A DNA stretch of 52,596 bases. Source: an uncultured archaeon. GTDB taxonomy: Archaea > Asgardarchaeota > Lokiarchaeia > Sigyniarchaeales > SOKP01. The stretch's first letter is position 1; the number at the start of each line of letters is the position of its first letter. The notes beneath the pieces were generated by a model. It was not told the DNA's origin and searched no databases. It was given only the letters and a program-made list of their open reading frames with translations. Below are positions 8,912-18,864 of the stretch, one piece after another. The translations under genes and the position numbers were made by a program. Location of the stretch: positions 33,788 to 86,383 of the forward strand of contig CAZOYD010000007.1 of the NCBI GenBank assembly GCA_964583985.1, given 5' to 3'.

Positions 8912-9799
8912 ATGGCTAAAACAGAAGAGTTTAAGATTTTTCCCGGATGTACCATCGGGAATAGAATTCCTTTCATCGAAGCCAGTGCCCGCAAAGTATT
9001 CGATACTTTAGGCATTAAAACATCCGATGCCGATTTTGCATGTTGCCCGGACCCTGTTGGATTCAATTCAGTTGATCACGAAAGTTGGTTAGCAATGGGT
9101 GCTCGAAACCTTACCATCGCTGAAGGAGAATCAAAGGACATCGTCTCCTTATGTAATGGATGCTTTCAAACACTTAAAGCCGTGAACCACGAATTAAAAC
9201 ATGATAGCCAAGTACGCGAGAAGGTAAATTCTAAATTAAAACTCATAAAACGCGAATTCAAGGGATCTATAAATGTAAAGCATTTTGTAGAGGTTTTACA
9301 CGAATATGGCACGCAAAATATTAAAGAACACGTCACTCACGATTTTTCAAGCTTAAAAGTGGCGTGTCATACTGGTTGTCATTACAACAGGCCGTCAGAA
9401 ATAATGAAAACTGATGATCCAATGGAACCCGTTAAGCTAAGAGAACTTGTTGAGGCAATAGGTGCCACAGCGGTTGATTATGATGAAGAGATGCTTTGTT
9501 GTGGCGCAGGGGTTGGGAATACTGAAGAAGAACCCTCAATGCAGTTATTAGCAAATAAATTTAAGAGCGCTTTAGGTGCTGGAGCTGAAGCTTTTATCGT
9601 TATTTGTCCCGCGTGTTTCCAACAAATGGACACGAACCAGAAAAAAGCAGGAACACAATCAAATTCCGATTTTAACATTCCAATTCTATACTTGACTGAA
9701 TTGATGGCATTATCGTTTGGTATTGCTCCGGATGATATTGGGTTAAAATTCCATAGAGCACGTCCAACGCAACTATTAGAAAAATTTGGTTTTAAATAA
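8912..9799 (+). CDS. hdrB: Heterodisulfide reductase subunit B
   Basis: Two CCG domains (FPGC..CCPDP..CNGC; HTGCH..CCGAG..CPAC); ARNLTIAE; ATG 8912 (TTG 8903 possible). Confidence 0.9.
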   Translation: MAKTEEFKIFPGCTIGNRIPFIEASARKVFDTLGIKTSDADFACCPDPVGFNSVDHESWLAMGARNLTIAEGESKDIVSLCNGCFQTLKAVNHELKHDSQVREKVNSKLKLIKREFKGSINVKHFVEVLHEYGTQNIKEHVTHDFSSLKVACHTGCHYNRPSEIMKTDDPMEPVKLRELVEAIGATAVDYDEEMLCCGAGVGNTEEEPSMQLLANKFKSALGAGAEAFIVICPACFQQMDTNQKKAGTQSNSDFNIPILYLTELMALSFGIAPDDIGLKFHRARPTQLLEKFGFK

Positions 9800-9870
9800 C
9801 CTATTTTATTACTTTCATTAATTATTAATCAAGGTAATTATCAAGATTAAAAGCCAGTAAAAATAATATA

Positions 9871-10431
9871 ATGTCATTTAATTTTGAAAATCCATCAAAA
9901 ATCTTCGCGTGGTTCTATTCCATATTTTGTCCTTTTTATGGGAGAAAATTCTACAAGATGTTACTGAAAGAACTAACTTTAAATGGAAATGAATCAATTT
10001 TGGATTTTGGAAGTGGAAGTGGAGTTTTAGCGAAAAAAATATCTAAAAAATTATCACATGATGGTCATTTAACTTGTTTGGATGTATCAGAAGCTTTTTT
10101 GAATAAGGTTCGGAGAAAATTGCGAAAAAGTACAAATATAAACTATATTTTGGGCGACATGCGAGAGAAAAACATTCCAATTGATTCATTTGACATAATT
10201 CTAATTACCTGGGTGATTCATCATTTAGAGAATGATCACCGGTTTGAATTAATACAACAAGTAGTTAATACTTTAAAAGCAGGCGGTAAAATTTATGTAA
10301 TAGAATATATATCTACCCCTCACGGTATACGTGAGGAAATCTTAATTGAGCTTTTTCATAAAATGAGTTTTTCTGAAAGGTTGGTAAATAAAAGGAAAAA
10401 TACCTGTTTATATGAATTCAAAAGAGAGTGA
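9871..10431 (+). CDS. Class I SAM-dependent methyltransferase
   Basis: ILDFGSGSG motif I, CLDVS, FDII...VIHH, LKAGG. Confidence 0.9.
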   Translation: MSFNFENPSKIFAWFYSIFCPFYGRKFYKMLLKELTLNGNESILDFGSGSGVLAKKISKKLSHDGHLTCLDVSEAFLNKVRRKLRKSTNINYILGDMREKNIPIDSFDIILITWVIHHLENDHRFELIQQVVNTLKAGGKIYVIEYISTPHGIREEILIELFHKMSFSERLVNKRKNTCLYEFKRE

Positions 10432-10432
10432 G

Positions 10433-11749
10433 TTATTCTATTATCTGAGCATGCAAGTTAAACCCATCAACAGCATTGATCCTAATCTTGACAAAAGTGC
10501 CATATTCTCCTCTAAAATTATCGATAAAGATATTTTTGTATGCAAAATTCCTCCCAAACGTTTGGTTTTCTTCTGTACCTGCGTGGAGTGTTAAAAAAAA
10601 TCCTTGCCAATTCTTCCATTTATCATTTATATTTGATAAGGAATCTCTAAAAATGTTTGAAAGTTCTATCGAACGTGCTTTTATTTCCTTACTACTCACT
10701 TGTTTCATTCTTTTTGCTTTCGTTCCAGGTCTTGGTGTGAATTTCGATATATTCAAAATTTCTGGTTTCAAGAAATCAATTAAATTGATAGATTTTTGAA
10801 AATCATCTCTCGTTTCACCAGGGAATCCACATATTATATCTGTCGATATGGTGAGATATGAAAATTTTTCTCTTAAGCTTTTCAGCTTTTCTCTTACATC
10901 TTCAATGGTATAGGGGCGATTCATCAATTTAAGAACTTTATTGCTTCCAGATTGTATAGGCACGTGGAGGAATTGGTACACCTTTTTTAATCCAAAAATG
11001 GATACTAATTGATCATAATGATCAATTAAGAATTTCGGATTTAACATCCCCACTCGTAAATAGAACTGGAAGGGTAAATTGTTAATTGAATGAACTAAAT
11101 CGAATAGTGTCATAGTATCATGAGTGTAAGTACTACAATCTTGAGAAGTAAGATAAATCTGTTTAATGCCTTGTTTTAGTTGATGTTCTACATTTTTAAC
11201 AATATTTTTTGGATTATAACAATTCAATCTTCCTCGTGCATTTTTCACGCAACAATAGGTACACGCTCCCAAACAGCCTTCTGAGATGGGAACAATGCCA
11301 GTCAATTTGCCTTCTTGATAATCAATGAGAAACTCAGATTTATCAATTGATTTTTTCGATGGAATAAAAAGATTTCTCTTTCCCTTCTTGATTTGCTCAA
11401 AAATAGCTGGAAGTTCTTCAAAGTTATCCAAATCAAGGATAGCTGAATAATTTGGCACTATTCGTTCAATAATATTAAAATAATTATCTCCGGCATGCGG
11501 TAAACATCCCGCAATTATTATAAATTTGTTCTTATTCCCTTGATAAATAAGATATAATTCTTTTAGTCGTTCTTTGATTTTATTTTCCGTTTGTTGTTTT
11601 ACAGCGCAAGTGTTAATAATAACAAATTGAGCTTCTGAGAAAGTTGTGGGAATATAGCTATTTTCTTTTAATATTTTGGATATAATCTGCGAATCCGCTT
11701 TATTAGAAGCACATCCATACGTTTCGATATAAAAAGAATTTGGAGTCAT
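10433..11749 (-). CDS. tRNA t6A37 methylthiotransferase (archaeal MiaB-like, e-MtaB/CDKAL1 type radical SAM)
   Basis: ETYGCASN, INTCAVK, AGC UPF0004 domain; CLGACTYC; FLHVPIQSGS; TDIICGFPGET; RPGT; C-terminal TRAM-like region. Confidence 0.9.
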   Translation of the reverse strand: MTPNSFYIETYGCASNKADSQIISKILKENSYIPTTFSEAQFVIINTCAVKQQTENKIKERLKELYLIYQGNKNKFIIIAGCLPHAGDNYFNIIERIVPNYSAILDLDNFEELPAIFEQIKKGKRNLFIPSKKSIDKSEFLIDYQEGKLTGIVPISEGCLGACTYCCVKNARGRLNCYNPKNIVKNVEHQLKQGIKQIYLTSQDCSTYTHDTMTLFDLVHSINNLPFQFYLRVGMLNPKFLIDHYDQLVSIFGLKKVYQFLHVPIQSGSNKVLKLMNRPYTIEDVREKLKSLREKFSYLTISTDIICGFPGETRDDFQKSINLIDFLKPEILNISKFTPRPGTKAKRMKQVSSKEIKARSIELSNIFRDSLSNINDKWKNWQGFFLTLHAGTEENQTFGRNFAYKNIFIDNFRGEYGTFVKIRINAVDGFNLHAQIIE

Positions 11750-11908
11750 TTTTGCGTTCGAAGTTATAAAATCCTACTATTATAAAAACTACAAAAAGTA
11801 AAAAATTTGGGAATTCATAACAATAGAAAACTTGAGATACGTAAATTTAATAATATAATAAATAATAAGCTAGTATTAACAATTATTAAGTTAAATTAAT
11901 GTGAAATT

Positions 11909-12349
11909 ATGCCTAAGTATGCTTACTGTGATATATGTAAAAAAGAAATAATTAATCCGACACGTAAACCCATGGAAACTTTTACAAAAGTGATTTGGGT
12001 TCTTCTAATTATTGCCTCTGTGGGGATACTTGCTATTGTCTTTATAATCGTTTATGCCAACAAACCGAAACATTATTGTTCGACTTGTTTTTCTAAATTA
12101 AGATTTACAAGTGAACCGATCAAATCTGAAAAGGAAGAAGAGAAAGAACTTATGGCAAATTTATCATCTAAAGAAAAAGTCATGAGAAAATCAGAGAAAG
12201 CACAAATCAAAAAAAGACCGAGAGAAAAAGTAACATTACAACTAGATGATGAGGATAAAGACAGAAAAACGGATACAATTTGTGAATTTTGTGGAGAGGA
12301 AATATCTTCTTCAGACAAAAGATGTCCATATTGTTTTTCAAAATTATAA
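11909..12349 (+). CDS. LITAF-like zinc-ribbon membrane protein with second C-terminal zinc ribbon
   Basis: CDIC, ~25 aa hydrophobic stretch, HYCSTC; charged linker; CEFCG..CPYC. Confidence 0.65.
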   Translation: MPKYAYCDICKKEIINPTRKPMETFTKVIWVLLIIASVGILAIVFIIVYANKPKHYCSTCFSKLRFTSEPIKSEKEEEKELMANLSSKEKVMRKSEKAQIKKRPREKVTLQLDDEDKDRKTDTICEFCGEEISSSDKRCPYCFSKL

Positions 12350-12494
12350 CACTCTTTTTATTAACTCCAATTTTATTAATACATCAACTACATAAATATT
12401 TAAATAGCAAAAACATTCAAATAATCTAAAATAAATAGAATTATTATATTCCAATTCTTATCTTATTTTAATTTCAAATTCAAGAGGAACTATT

Positions 12495-13265
12495 ATGGCA
12501 AGAAAAGCTAGGCAAGCACCAAAAAGACCAGTTGATCCATTAGCAGAATATAGTACTTGGGATATTAGAATTGCTAAATCGATATATTATGGAGTTATAC
12601 TTGCATCAATCATTACAGTCTTGGGAATCTGGCTTACTATTATTGGTTGGTTAGTAGAAACAGGTAAAATCGATGAAGTATTAAGTTTAGGACCGGGAAT
12701 CATAGCTTTGATTATAATAGGTATCATAGCAGGTCACATGTTCTTACTTGTCCTTTTTTATACCTTATTCCGAGGAGGAATACTCAAATTATGCAAGAGA
12801 ATCTTTAAGGATAGATTAATTGCAAAAAAATATGAAGATTATACTACGCTCAGGTTACTTCTGGCAGTGACTTTAATTGTTGTCTACATGTTCGTGATCA
12901 CCTTGATCGTTTATATTTTACCATCAATTTTCTGGAGTATCGTAGCAGATTTCTGGCTTTATGTAATCACACACTTTAATCCAGGTGAATGGGTGCTATT
13001 TGTAGGCGTAGTGATGTTTATCATCATACTATTAATTTACATAGGATTTGTCCTATGGAACCATGGAGTTTATGCCGTTCTCAAACGTGTAAAAAGAATT
13101 GAAGAAGAACAAGAGATTGACGAAGTTATTAAAATTGAAGGCTTAAAAGATGCTGATGAAGCAACAATCATGGAAACTTATGAAAAACAAACGGGAAAGA
13201 AAGCACTTTATCGTGGTAAAGAAACTAACGGGTATTTAGCTTGGAAAAAGAAAGTATTAGGATAA
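12495..13265 (+). CDS. Hypothetical multi-pass membrane protein
   Basis: At least four long hydrophobic segments in two similar halves; charged tail YEKQTGKKALYRGKET; GAGGA SD. Confidence 0.8.
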   Translation: MARKARQAPKRPVDPLAEYSTWDIRIAKSIYYGVILASIITVLGIWLTIIGWLVETGKIDEVLSLGPGIIALIIIGIIAGHMFLLVLFYTLFRGGILKLCKRIFKDRLIAKKYEDYTTLRLLLAVTLIVVYMFVITLIVYILPSIFWSIVADFWLYVITHFNPGEWVLFVGVVMFIIILLIYIGFVLWNHGVYAVLKRVKRIEEEQEIDEVIKIEGLKDADEATIMETYEKQTGKKALYRGKETNGYLAWKKKVLG

Positions 13266-13308
13266 AAATTAAAAATAAAAAGATATTTCATTATTTTTTT
13301 TTATTATA

Positions 13309-14247
13309 TTACCGACGCATCATTCGGGGGTTTCTAAAAAGCATGAGTTCAGTTCTTGGAATTACGTAATCACTAGTTCCACTGGATTTCATCTTCTTAT
13401 ACAAACGCTTGATCAATTTTTGGCTATCGTCCATAAAATTACATGCTAATCCAAAAAGGATCATGTAATTCTTAAAAGTTTTGTCTTTCGCATAATCCTT
13501 GTCGTAAATCTCAATCGCATATTCCTTTTGTATTGGATGACCGTCTATACGAGCAATCAAGACATTACCGATGTAGATCTTATAATTTCGCCCTGGACCG
13601 ACTACTCCTTTTGCCATTACCATTTGAAGTTTATCATCTTTATCTTCAGGTATTAGGGGAAATGTCCATCGAGAACCTATGAGTCTCCATCCCCTACAAC
13701 AACGTATCAAATTAATGATACCTGGTACTTGGAAAAAAAATACTGGAGCAGCATGCTTTATTTCATAACTTTGAATTAAACTATGAGCTATGCTTAATTC
13801 TACTCCTCCCTTAAAAGCTCCACCTTTAGGTAAAGAATCCATTGATTCCTCCATAATGGTAAAAAAACGACAGACAAACCTTTTTTCTTCAAGAGGTTTT
13901 TCTTCCCAGTCTTCTTTATTGAATGCAATAACGTATTTCTTCTGGCCATCGACCTCAATAAGACCCTCCATGTCGAAATTCTTGGAATACCATCTTGTCT
14001 TCGCTTGGTACTTAAGCTGTTGATGGATACCTAATTCCTCGTCATGGAGTCTCGTGCGCCAAAAATTAACCAGAATTTTAAGATGTACTATTTTAGAAGT
14101 ATCTTCTGTATCTGCCTCTGCAGTTGTTTTTTTAGGTGTTTTTTTTTTTGTAGGTTTTGCGCGAGCTTTTTCTTTAGGCTTTTTTGGTTTTTTTTCCGCT
14201 AACTCTTCAATTTCGTCTAATGGATCTTCTTCAGTCATATTCTTCAC
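13309..14247 (-). CDS. Hypothetical protein, C-terminal half resembling the Tubby-C/LURP-one/scramblase fold
   Basis: Low-complexity K/E N-terminus; NYKIY..LIARID....EYAIEIYD followed by hydrophobic helix MILFGLAC. Confidence 0.55.
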   Translation of the reverse strand: MKNMTEEDPLDEIEELAEKKPKKPKEKARAKPTKKKTPKKTTAEADTEDTSKIVHLKILVNFWRTRLHDEELGIHQQLKYQAKTRWYSKNFDMEGLIEVDGQKKYVIAFNKEDWEEKPLEEKRFVCRFFTIMEESMDSLPKGGAFKGGVELSIAHSLIQSYEIKHAAPVFFFQVPGIINLIRCCRGWRLIGSRWTFPLIPEDKDDKLQMVMAKGVVGPGRNYKIYIGNVLIARIDGHPIQKEYAIEIYDKDYAKDKTFKNYMILFGLACNFMDDSQKLIKRLYKKMKSSGTSDYVIPRTELMLFRNPRMMRR

Positions 14248-14427
14248 TAATTTTTATTTTAATTCATATTTTAAGTAATCTTAAAATTAAATTCTCCAGA
14301 TTGTTTTTAATTTTTTCTTAAAATATTGTTTAACTATAAACAAATAATTACGATTTTAAATTTATAACGTTTTATCTTTGATATTATAATTAATGAAATT
14401 TAGATTTCTGTTAATCTCGAGTTACAA

Positions 14428-16662
14428 TTAATATTCAACTTCGCACTTATCACTATCACAATATCTTTCTCCAATTGCACGATCTTTTGTATCTCCAAGA
14501 AATAAGGGTTGAATTTTTGAAATTAATTCTTCATATCGTTCTTTTGAGATTTCTTCATAAGGCGCTTGTTTATATCCGTGGGTTTTAATGGGCAAAAAGC
14601 TAACACTTTTTAATTTATCTTCAAAACATTCTAAAACGTGAACAATTTGATCAGCTTCATTTGGTTGGAATGTTATCGTGATTGAAACTTGATTATCACT
14701 CCAAAACTTTTGATAATCGACTGCATTTTGCGCTTGTTCCCAAATAGAAACGTCATTTTTAGATCTGTTGAAAAATTTTTCAAAGACAGGAAATTCAGCT
14801 ACTACTGTATTTGGAGAATAAGCATCTGCTTCTACGATATAACCTGCTTTTTTAATTGGTTCTATCAGATCTGAATTCTTAGAAAGGCGAATTCTACGAA
14901 TATAGTATTTAGAATGAGGATAATGGATTCCTGGGGTAACTCCAGGTAATAAGCTTACACTACCACTTGGCTTAACAGTTGTTAGTTTAATTGAATGAGG
15001 AATGCAAAGCCAATTAGAATATTCTTCATCCAGTCCCTTTAAAAAATCATAAGCTTTATCACACCAATCAATCATTGTTCTTCTTCCATGTTTGACGAAT
15101 GCTTCAATAATACCCGTTTGAGAGATGCCCATTCTTCGATTTTTTAACATTACGGCGTTAGTTTCTTTCCAATGGGTGTTTACTAAAGTAACGCTTTTCG
15201 CATACAAATAAGCATACTTCAAAGTCTCTTCAAATTCTTCATATGAATCATGTCTCGATGGAAACGTTTCTACAAGACAACAAAGTTCGAAGGATTCTAG
15301 CGTTTGTTCTCCACATGGATTTACTCCTGCTGCTTTCTTATCTTTATAATCTGGTTTATCTTTCATTCTAGAATAAGCCCGTGCGTTTTCTAACCAAAAA
15401 ATACCTGGTTCTCCATTGACTTCAATCTGTTTACTTATAAATGAGTAATCCAATCCTTTTACAGCAAATACAGAATTATTACTGGCCCAGCGATGTGAGT
15501 ATAATTTATCTTGATCTTGCTTGCATGTGACAAATTCTAAATCTGTTGGATCGCCTAATGCGATTTCAGCAGAGCGCCGGACATTTCCTGCCACAACGCA
15601 TTTACCTATTAAATTCATTAGATCAACAATGTCAACGGAAGTAATTGGTTCATTGACTCGAGCTGCTAGAATACTTTTTATTTCGTTTAACATATCTTTA
15701 AGTGGTTCGGGTCCACTTGCTATTCCTCCAAAGCCTCTTATTGGTTTACCTGCCGGTCTGATAAGGGAAAAATCATAATTAGGTATCTGTTTACCAAGAA
15801 AATAAGCTTCTAAGGTCAGTCTGAGGGCTTCTACCCATCCTTCTCGACTATCAGGAATTTGAAAATCGAAATCACCAGCTGCAGGTTTTTTAATCGTGAT
15901 TTTTCCCGCTCCTCTCGTGTCAAATCCTACGCCCACGCCCAACATGAGGGCATCCATAACGAATTCAAAAGATTTTGATAATTTTAGATTAATATCTTCG
16001 GTCGATGCAAACCCACAATTATTCAGTGACATGGAACCGTTCTTTAGGACGAATTCGGTGCCCATCATCCATAAACCTCGTCCAGGTGGGAGAAATTTGA
16101 AATTCCAAATTTTTGAGAACATAATCTTGGCAGATTTTTGAGCCTTTTCATCGCTCCAAGGCAAGCTCAATTTGATGCAATGTTCTTTTTGAATGGAATA
16201 GCAACCTTCCACAACTCGTCTGACGGTTTCCCAAAATTTTTCTTTTCGATTTTCTCCTTCAATCATCCGAGCATAAGTTCGTTTATAAGTAACATAACCT
16301 AACGGACCCCAATCTGGTTGAATATCTTTATAATTATTTAAGAATACTTCATCTAATTTGAAAGAGATATTCTCTAAATTAATTGCACGTGCGAAGAGGT
16401 TACGATATTTATTCAATCGTCTTTGCGTGAGTTCAAGACAAACGAGCTCTCTAATATAGTTCGTCGTGATCTCATCTACTCCCAAACCGATTATTTTTCT
16501 AATGACATCTTCAGAAACTTCGGTTGCGATTCTCATGTCAAGTCCTGTTTCTTTATTCAAGATCTTGGATATGTTCATCTCATCAAACTTTTTTTTCTCT
16601 CCCTTTGAATTTATCACGAATTTTGGGAATAAATCGGATAAAGAAAACGAGTTATCTGTCAT
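14428..16662 (-). CDS. nrdJ: Class II (B12-dependent) ribonucleotide reductase, RTPR/monomeric type, with N-terminal ATP-cone
   Basis: YKRTYAR, PPGRGLW, LNNC, GNVRRSA, NPCGEQ thiyl motif, TVKPSG, C-terminal CDSDKC; N-terminal VINSKGEKKKFD..IRELVCLEL. Confidence 0.93.
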   Translation of the reverse strand: MTDNSFSLSDLFPKFVINSKGEKKKFDEMNISKILNKETGLDMRIATEVSEDVIRKIIGLGVDEITTNYIRELVCLELTQRRLNKYRNLFARAINLENISFKLDEVFLNNYKDIQPDWGPLGYVTYKRTYARMIEGENRKEKFWETVRRVVEGCYSIQKEHCIKLSLPWSDEKAQKSAKIMFSKIWNFKFLPPGRGLWMMGTEFVLKNGSMSLNNCGFASTEDINLKLSKSFEFVMDALMLGVGVGFDTRGAGKITIKKPAAGDFDFQIPDSREGWVEALRLTLEAYFLGKQIPNYDFSLIRPAGKPIRGFGGIASGPEPLKDMLNEIKSILAARVNEPITSVDIVDLMNLIGKCVVAGNVRRSAEIALGDPTDLEFVTCKQDQDKLYSHRWASNNSVFAVKGLDYSFISKQIEVNGEPGIFWLENARAYSRMKDKPDYKDKKAAGVNPCGEQTLESFELCCLVETFPSRHDSYEEFEETLKYAYLYAKSVTLVNTHWKETNAVMLKNRRMGISQTGIIEAFVKHGRRTMIDWCDKAYDFLKGLDEEYSNWLCIPHSIKLTTVKPSGSVSLLPGVTPGIHYPHSKYYIRRIRLSKNSDLIEPIKKAGYIVEADAYSPNTVVAEFPVFEKFFNRSKNDVSIWEQAQNAVDYQKFWSDNQVSITITFQPNEADQIVHVLECFEDKLKSVSFLPIKTHGYKQAPYEEISKERYEELISKIQPLFLGDTKDRAIGERYCDSDKCEVEY

Positions 16663-17060
16663 GTTTTTTTCTCCAGACTCAATTTATGATTTTTTAGTTA
16701 TGCTTTTTTTAAAATTTTAAATTACTAAATTAAAATGCCTTAACCTACCTAATATTTAATATTCAGTTGTAATATAAATTTATGCTTCACTTTTATTAGC
16801 ACGTTGATGAATCTCTGAAACTCTTGCTTGCTTTTGATCAATATAATCCATAATTCATATGAAAATTCTGATTTTAAAATTTAACGATTTTGTTTTATTG
16901 ATTGCTCATAATTTAATGTCGTAATAATGTCGAAATGATAACGTGTATTAAATTAAGTATATAGTTGAATTATTTAAAGAACAAACGGGGTGGAGATTTC
17001 TGAAGTGAAAAATACGACGATATAAACTATATATATAATTCAATTAATTCTAAAATATCT

Positions 17061-17591
17061 TTAAATATACTTGCGATCTATTTCAATCTCTTTCTTATTG
17101 CTATTCGCAGAATAATATAATAATTCTATAACGCGCAGGGCTTTCTTTCGATTGTATATCCTAAATTTAATTGTCCGGTTCTCAGCGTGATTTGATTCTT
17201 TAACGAAGGTAATTTTGAATTTGGTATAGTCTCGACCCCAGGAATTACTCAGGTTATCTAACGCAGATTTGTGAGGTCCACGGGCGTTCAATCGTAAAAT
17301 ATCGAATTGATTCCACCCAAATGCATGTTTTGAATGCAATGGAGTATTTATTTCAATACTCGTATCTAATATGACAATTCTTTTCCGAGCATGATTTAAA
17401 TAAAAATATATAATACCAGGAGCTACGATAAAGATAAAAGGAATATTTAAGATAAAAACGATAATCCATCCATCCTCAAAAACAAGCAATCCAGAGAAAA
17501 ATATATTAAAAAATATCGCTAAGATTGAAAATACTATCACAAATAGATATACTTGCCACATGTTAGACTCATAAACTTCGAATTTACTCAT
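17061..17591 (-). CDS. Hypothetical membrane protein (2 TM plus soluble domain)
   Basis: Two N-terminal hydrophobic helices then a beta-rich soluble region. Confidence 0.7.
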   Translation of the reverse strand: MSKFEVYESNMWQVYLFVIVFSILAIFFNIFFSGLLVFEDGWIIVFILNIPFIFIVAPGIIYFYLNHARKRIVILDTSIEINTPLHSKHAFGWNQFDILRLNARGPHKSALDNLSNSWGRDYTKFKITFVKESNHAENRTIKFRIYNRKKALRVIELLYYSANSNKKEIEIDRKYI

Positions 17592-17817
17592 ATCTCATCA
17601 AATTTCATACATTATTTTTTGAAGATATTGAACTATAGGTTAAGACCTTTAAATACCTAATAATTGCTATAATTTATAAAATTATAAGGACTAAATCTTT
17701 ACGATTTAAATAAAAAAATAGGGTATTTAAATAATAGAGAATTGTGTTATGAATTTATACATAATAAAAATAATTTTAAATAAATTCATTAAATAAAGTT
17801 CAAAAAGTTGGAGAGTA

Positions 17818-18837
17818 ATGAGAAAAATTATGAAAGCTGCCATCTTCGACGGTAAATATCTTAGAATTGAAGAAATTGAGAAGCCAATCATATCCGAAAC
17901 CCAAGTGTTAGTAAAAGTAAAAGCAGTGGGTATATGTGGAACAGATCTTGCTATATACAAAGGTCATTTACCAACTCCCACGCCTTTAATACTCGGTCAT
18001 GAATTTTCTGGAGAAATCATCAAGATTGGTAAAAAAATTGATTCATCTTGGCTTAATAAGCGAGTCACGGCAGAAATCAATGCTAATCTTGATTTTGATT
18101 GTTATTATTGCCAACGAGCCATGTACACCCAATGTATCTCTCGGAAAGCATTAGGTATTGATGTTAATGGTGCTTTAGCTGAATATATCGCATTGGATTC
18201 TTATTTACTTCACGAAATTCCTGATAAATTATCTTTTGAAGAAGCAACATTCATAGAACCTTTAGCAGCGGCTTATCAAACTTTTGTAATGATGCCAATA
18301 GAAAAGGATGATAAATTAATTGCGATATTCGGACTAGGCAAGCTAGGCCTCTTATTAGTCCAAGTTGCATTGCTTAAAGGTTTAGAAGTAATCGTAATTG
18401 ATGGCTCTGATAAAAAACTTGATATTGCCACAAAATGGGGGGCGCATCATGCAATCAATCGCTTAAAATGTCAACATATCCCCGAAGAAATTAAAAAAAT
18501 AACTAATAATTTAGGAGCAGATATAGTAGTGGATGCGTCAGGTAATCCCGATTCCTTGAATAATGTCGTAAAATCTTGTAGAACCAGAGGAAAAATTCAC
18601 ATAAAAAGCACTCACGGTCTCGACGTGCCCATAAACTTGACCGATATTGTGGTCAGGGAAATAACAATATACAGTAGTCGATGCGGCCCATTTGAATTAG
18701 CAATCCAAGGACTTGAATCCGGAAAGGTTCAAGTTAAAGGTTTAATCTCTAGTACTTTTACACTTTCTGAAATTGAAGAAGCATTTAATTCCTACGAATC
18801 AAATAAAGATCAAATAAAAGTAGTAATTAAAATTTAA
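17818..18837 (+). CDS. Zn-dependent medium-chain alcohol dehydrogenase (threonine/sorbitol DH-like)
   Basis: GICGTD, LGHEFSG, DxxCxxCx7C structural Zn, IEPLA, GLGKLG. Confidence 0.92.
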   Translation: MRKIMKAAIFDGKYLRIEEIEKPIISETQVLVKVKAVGICGTDLAIYKGHLPTPTPLILGHEFSGEIIKIGKKIDSSWLNKRVTAEINANLDFDCYYCQRAMYTQCISRKALGIDVNGALAEYIALDSYLLHEIPDKLSFEEATFIEPLAAAYQTFVMMPIEKDDKLIAIFGLGKLGLLLVQVALLKGLEVIVIDGSDKKLDIATKWGAHHAINRLKCQHIPEEIKKITNNLGADIVVDASGNPDSLNNVVKSCRTRGKIHIKSTHGLDVPINLTDIVVREITIYSSRCGPFELAIQGLESGKVQVKGLISSTFTLSEIEEAFNSYESNKDQIKVVIKI

Positions 18838-18864
18838 GTTTAAAATAAAAAAAACTAATTTGCA

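Noticed and set aside
16663-17060. Cobalamin riboswitch or ncRNA upstream of the B12-dependent nrdJ
   Set aside because: Very AT-rich, with no B12-box or convincing stems visible
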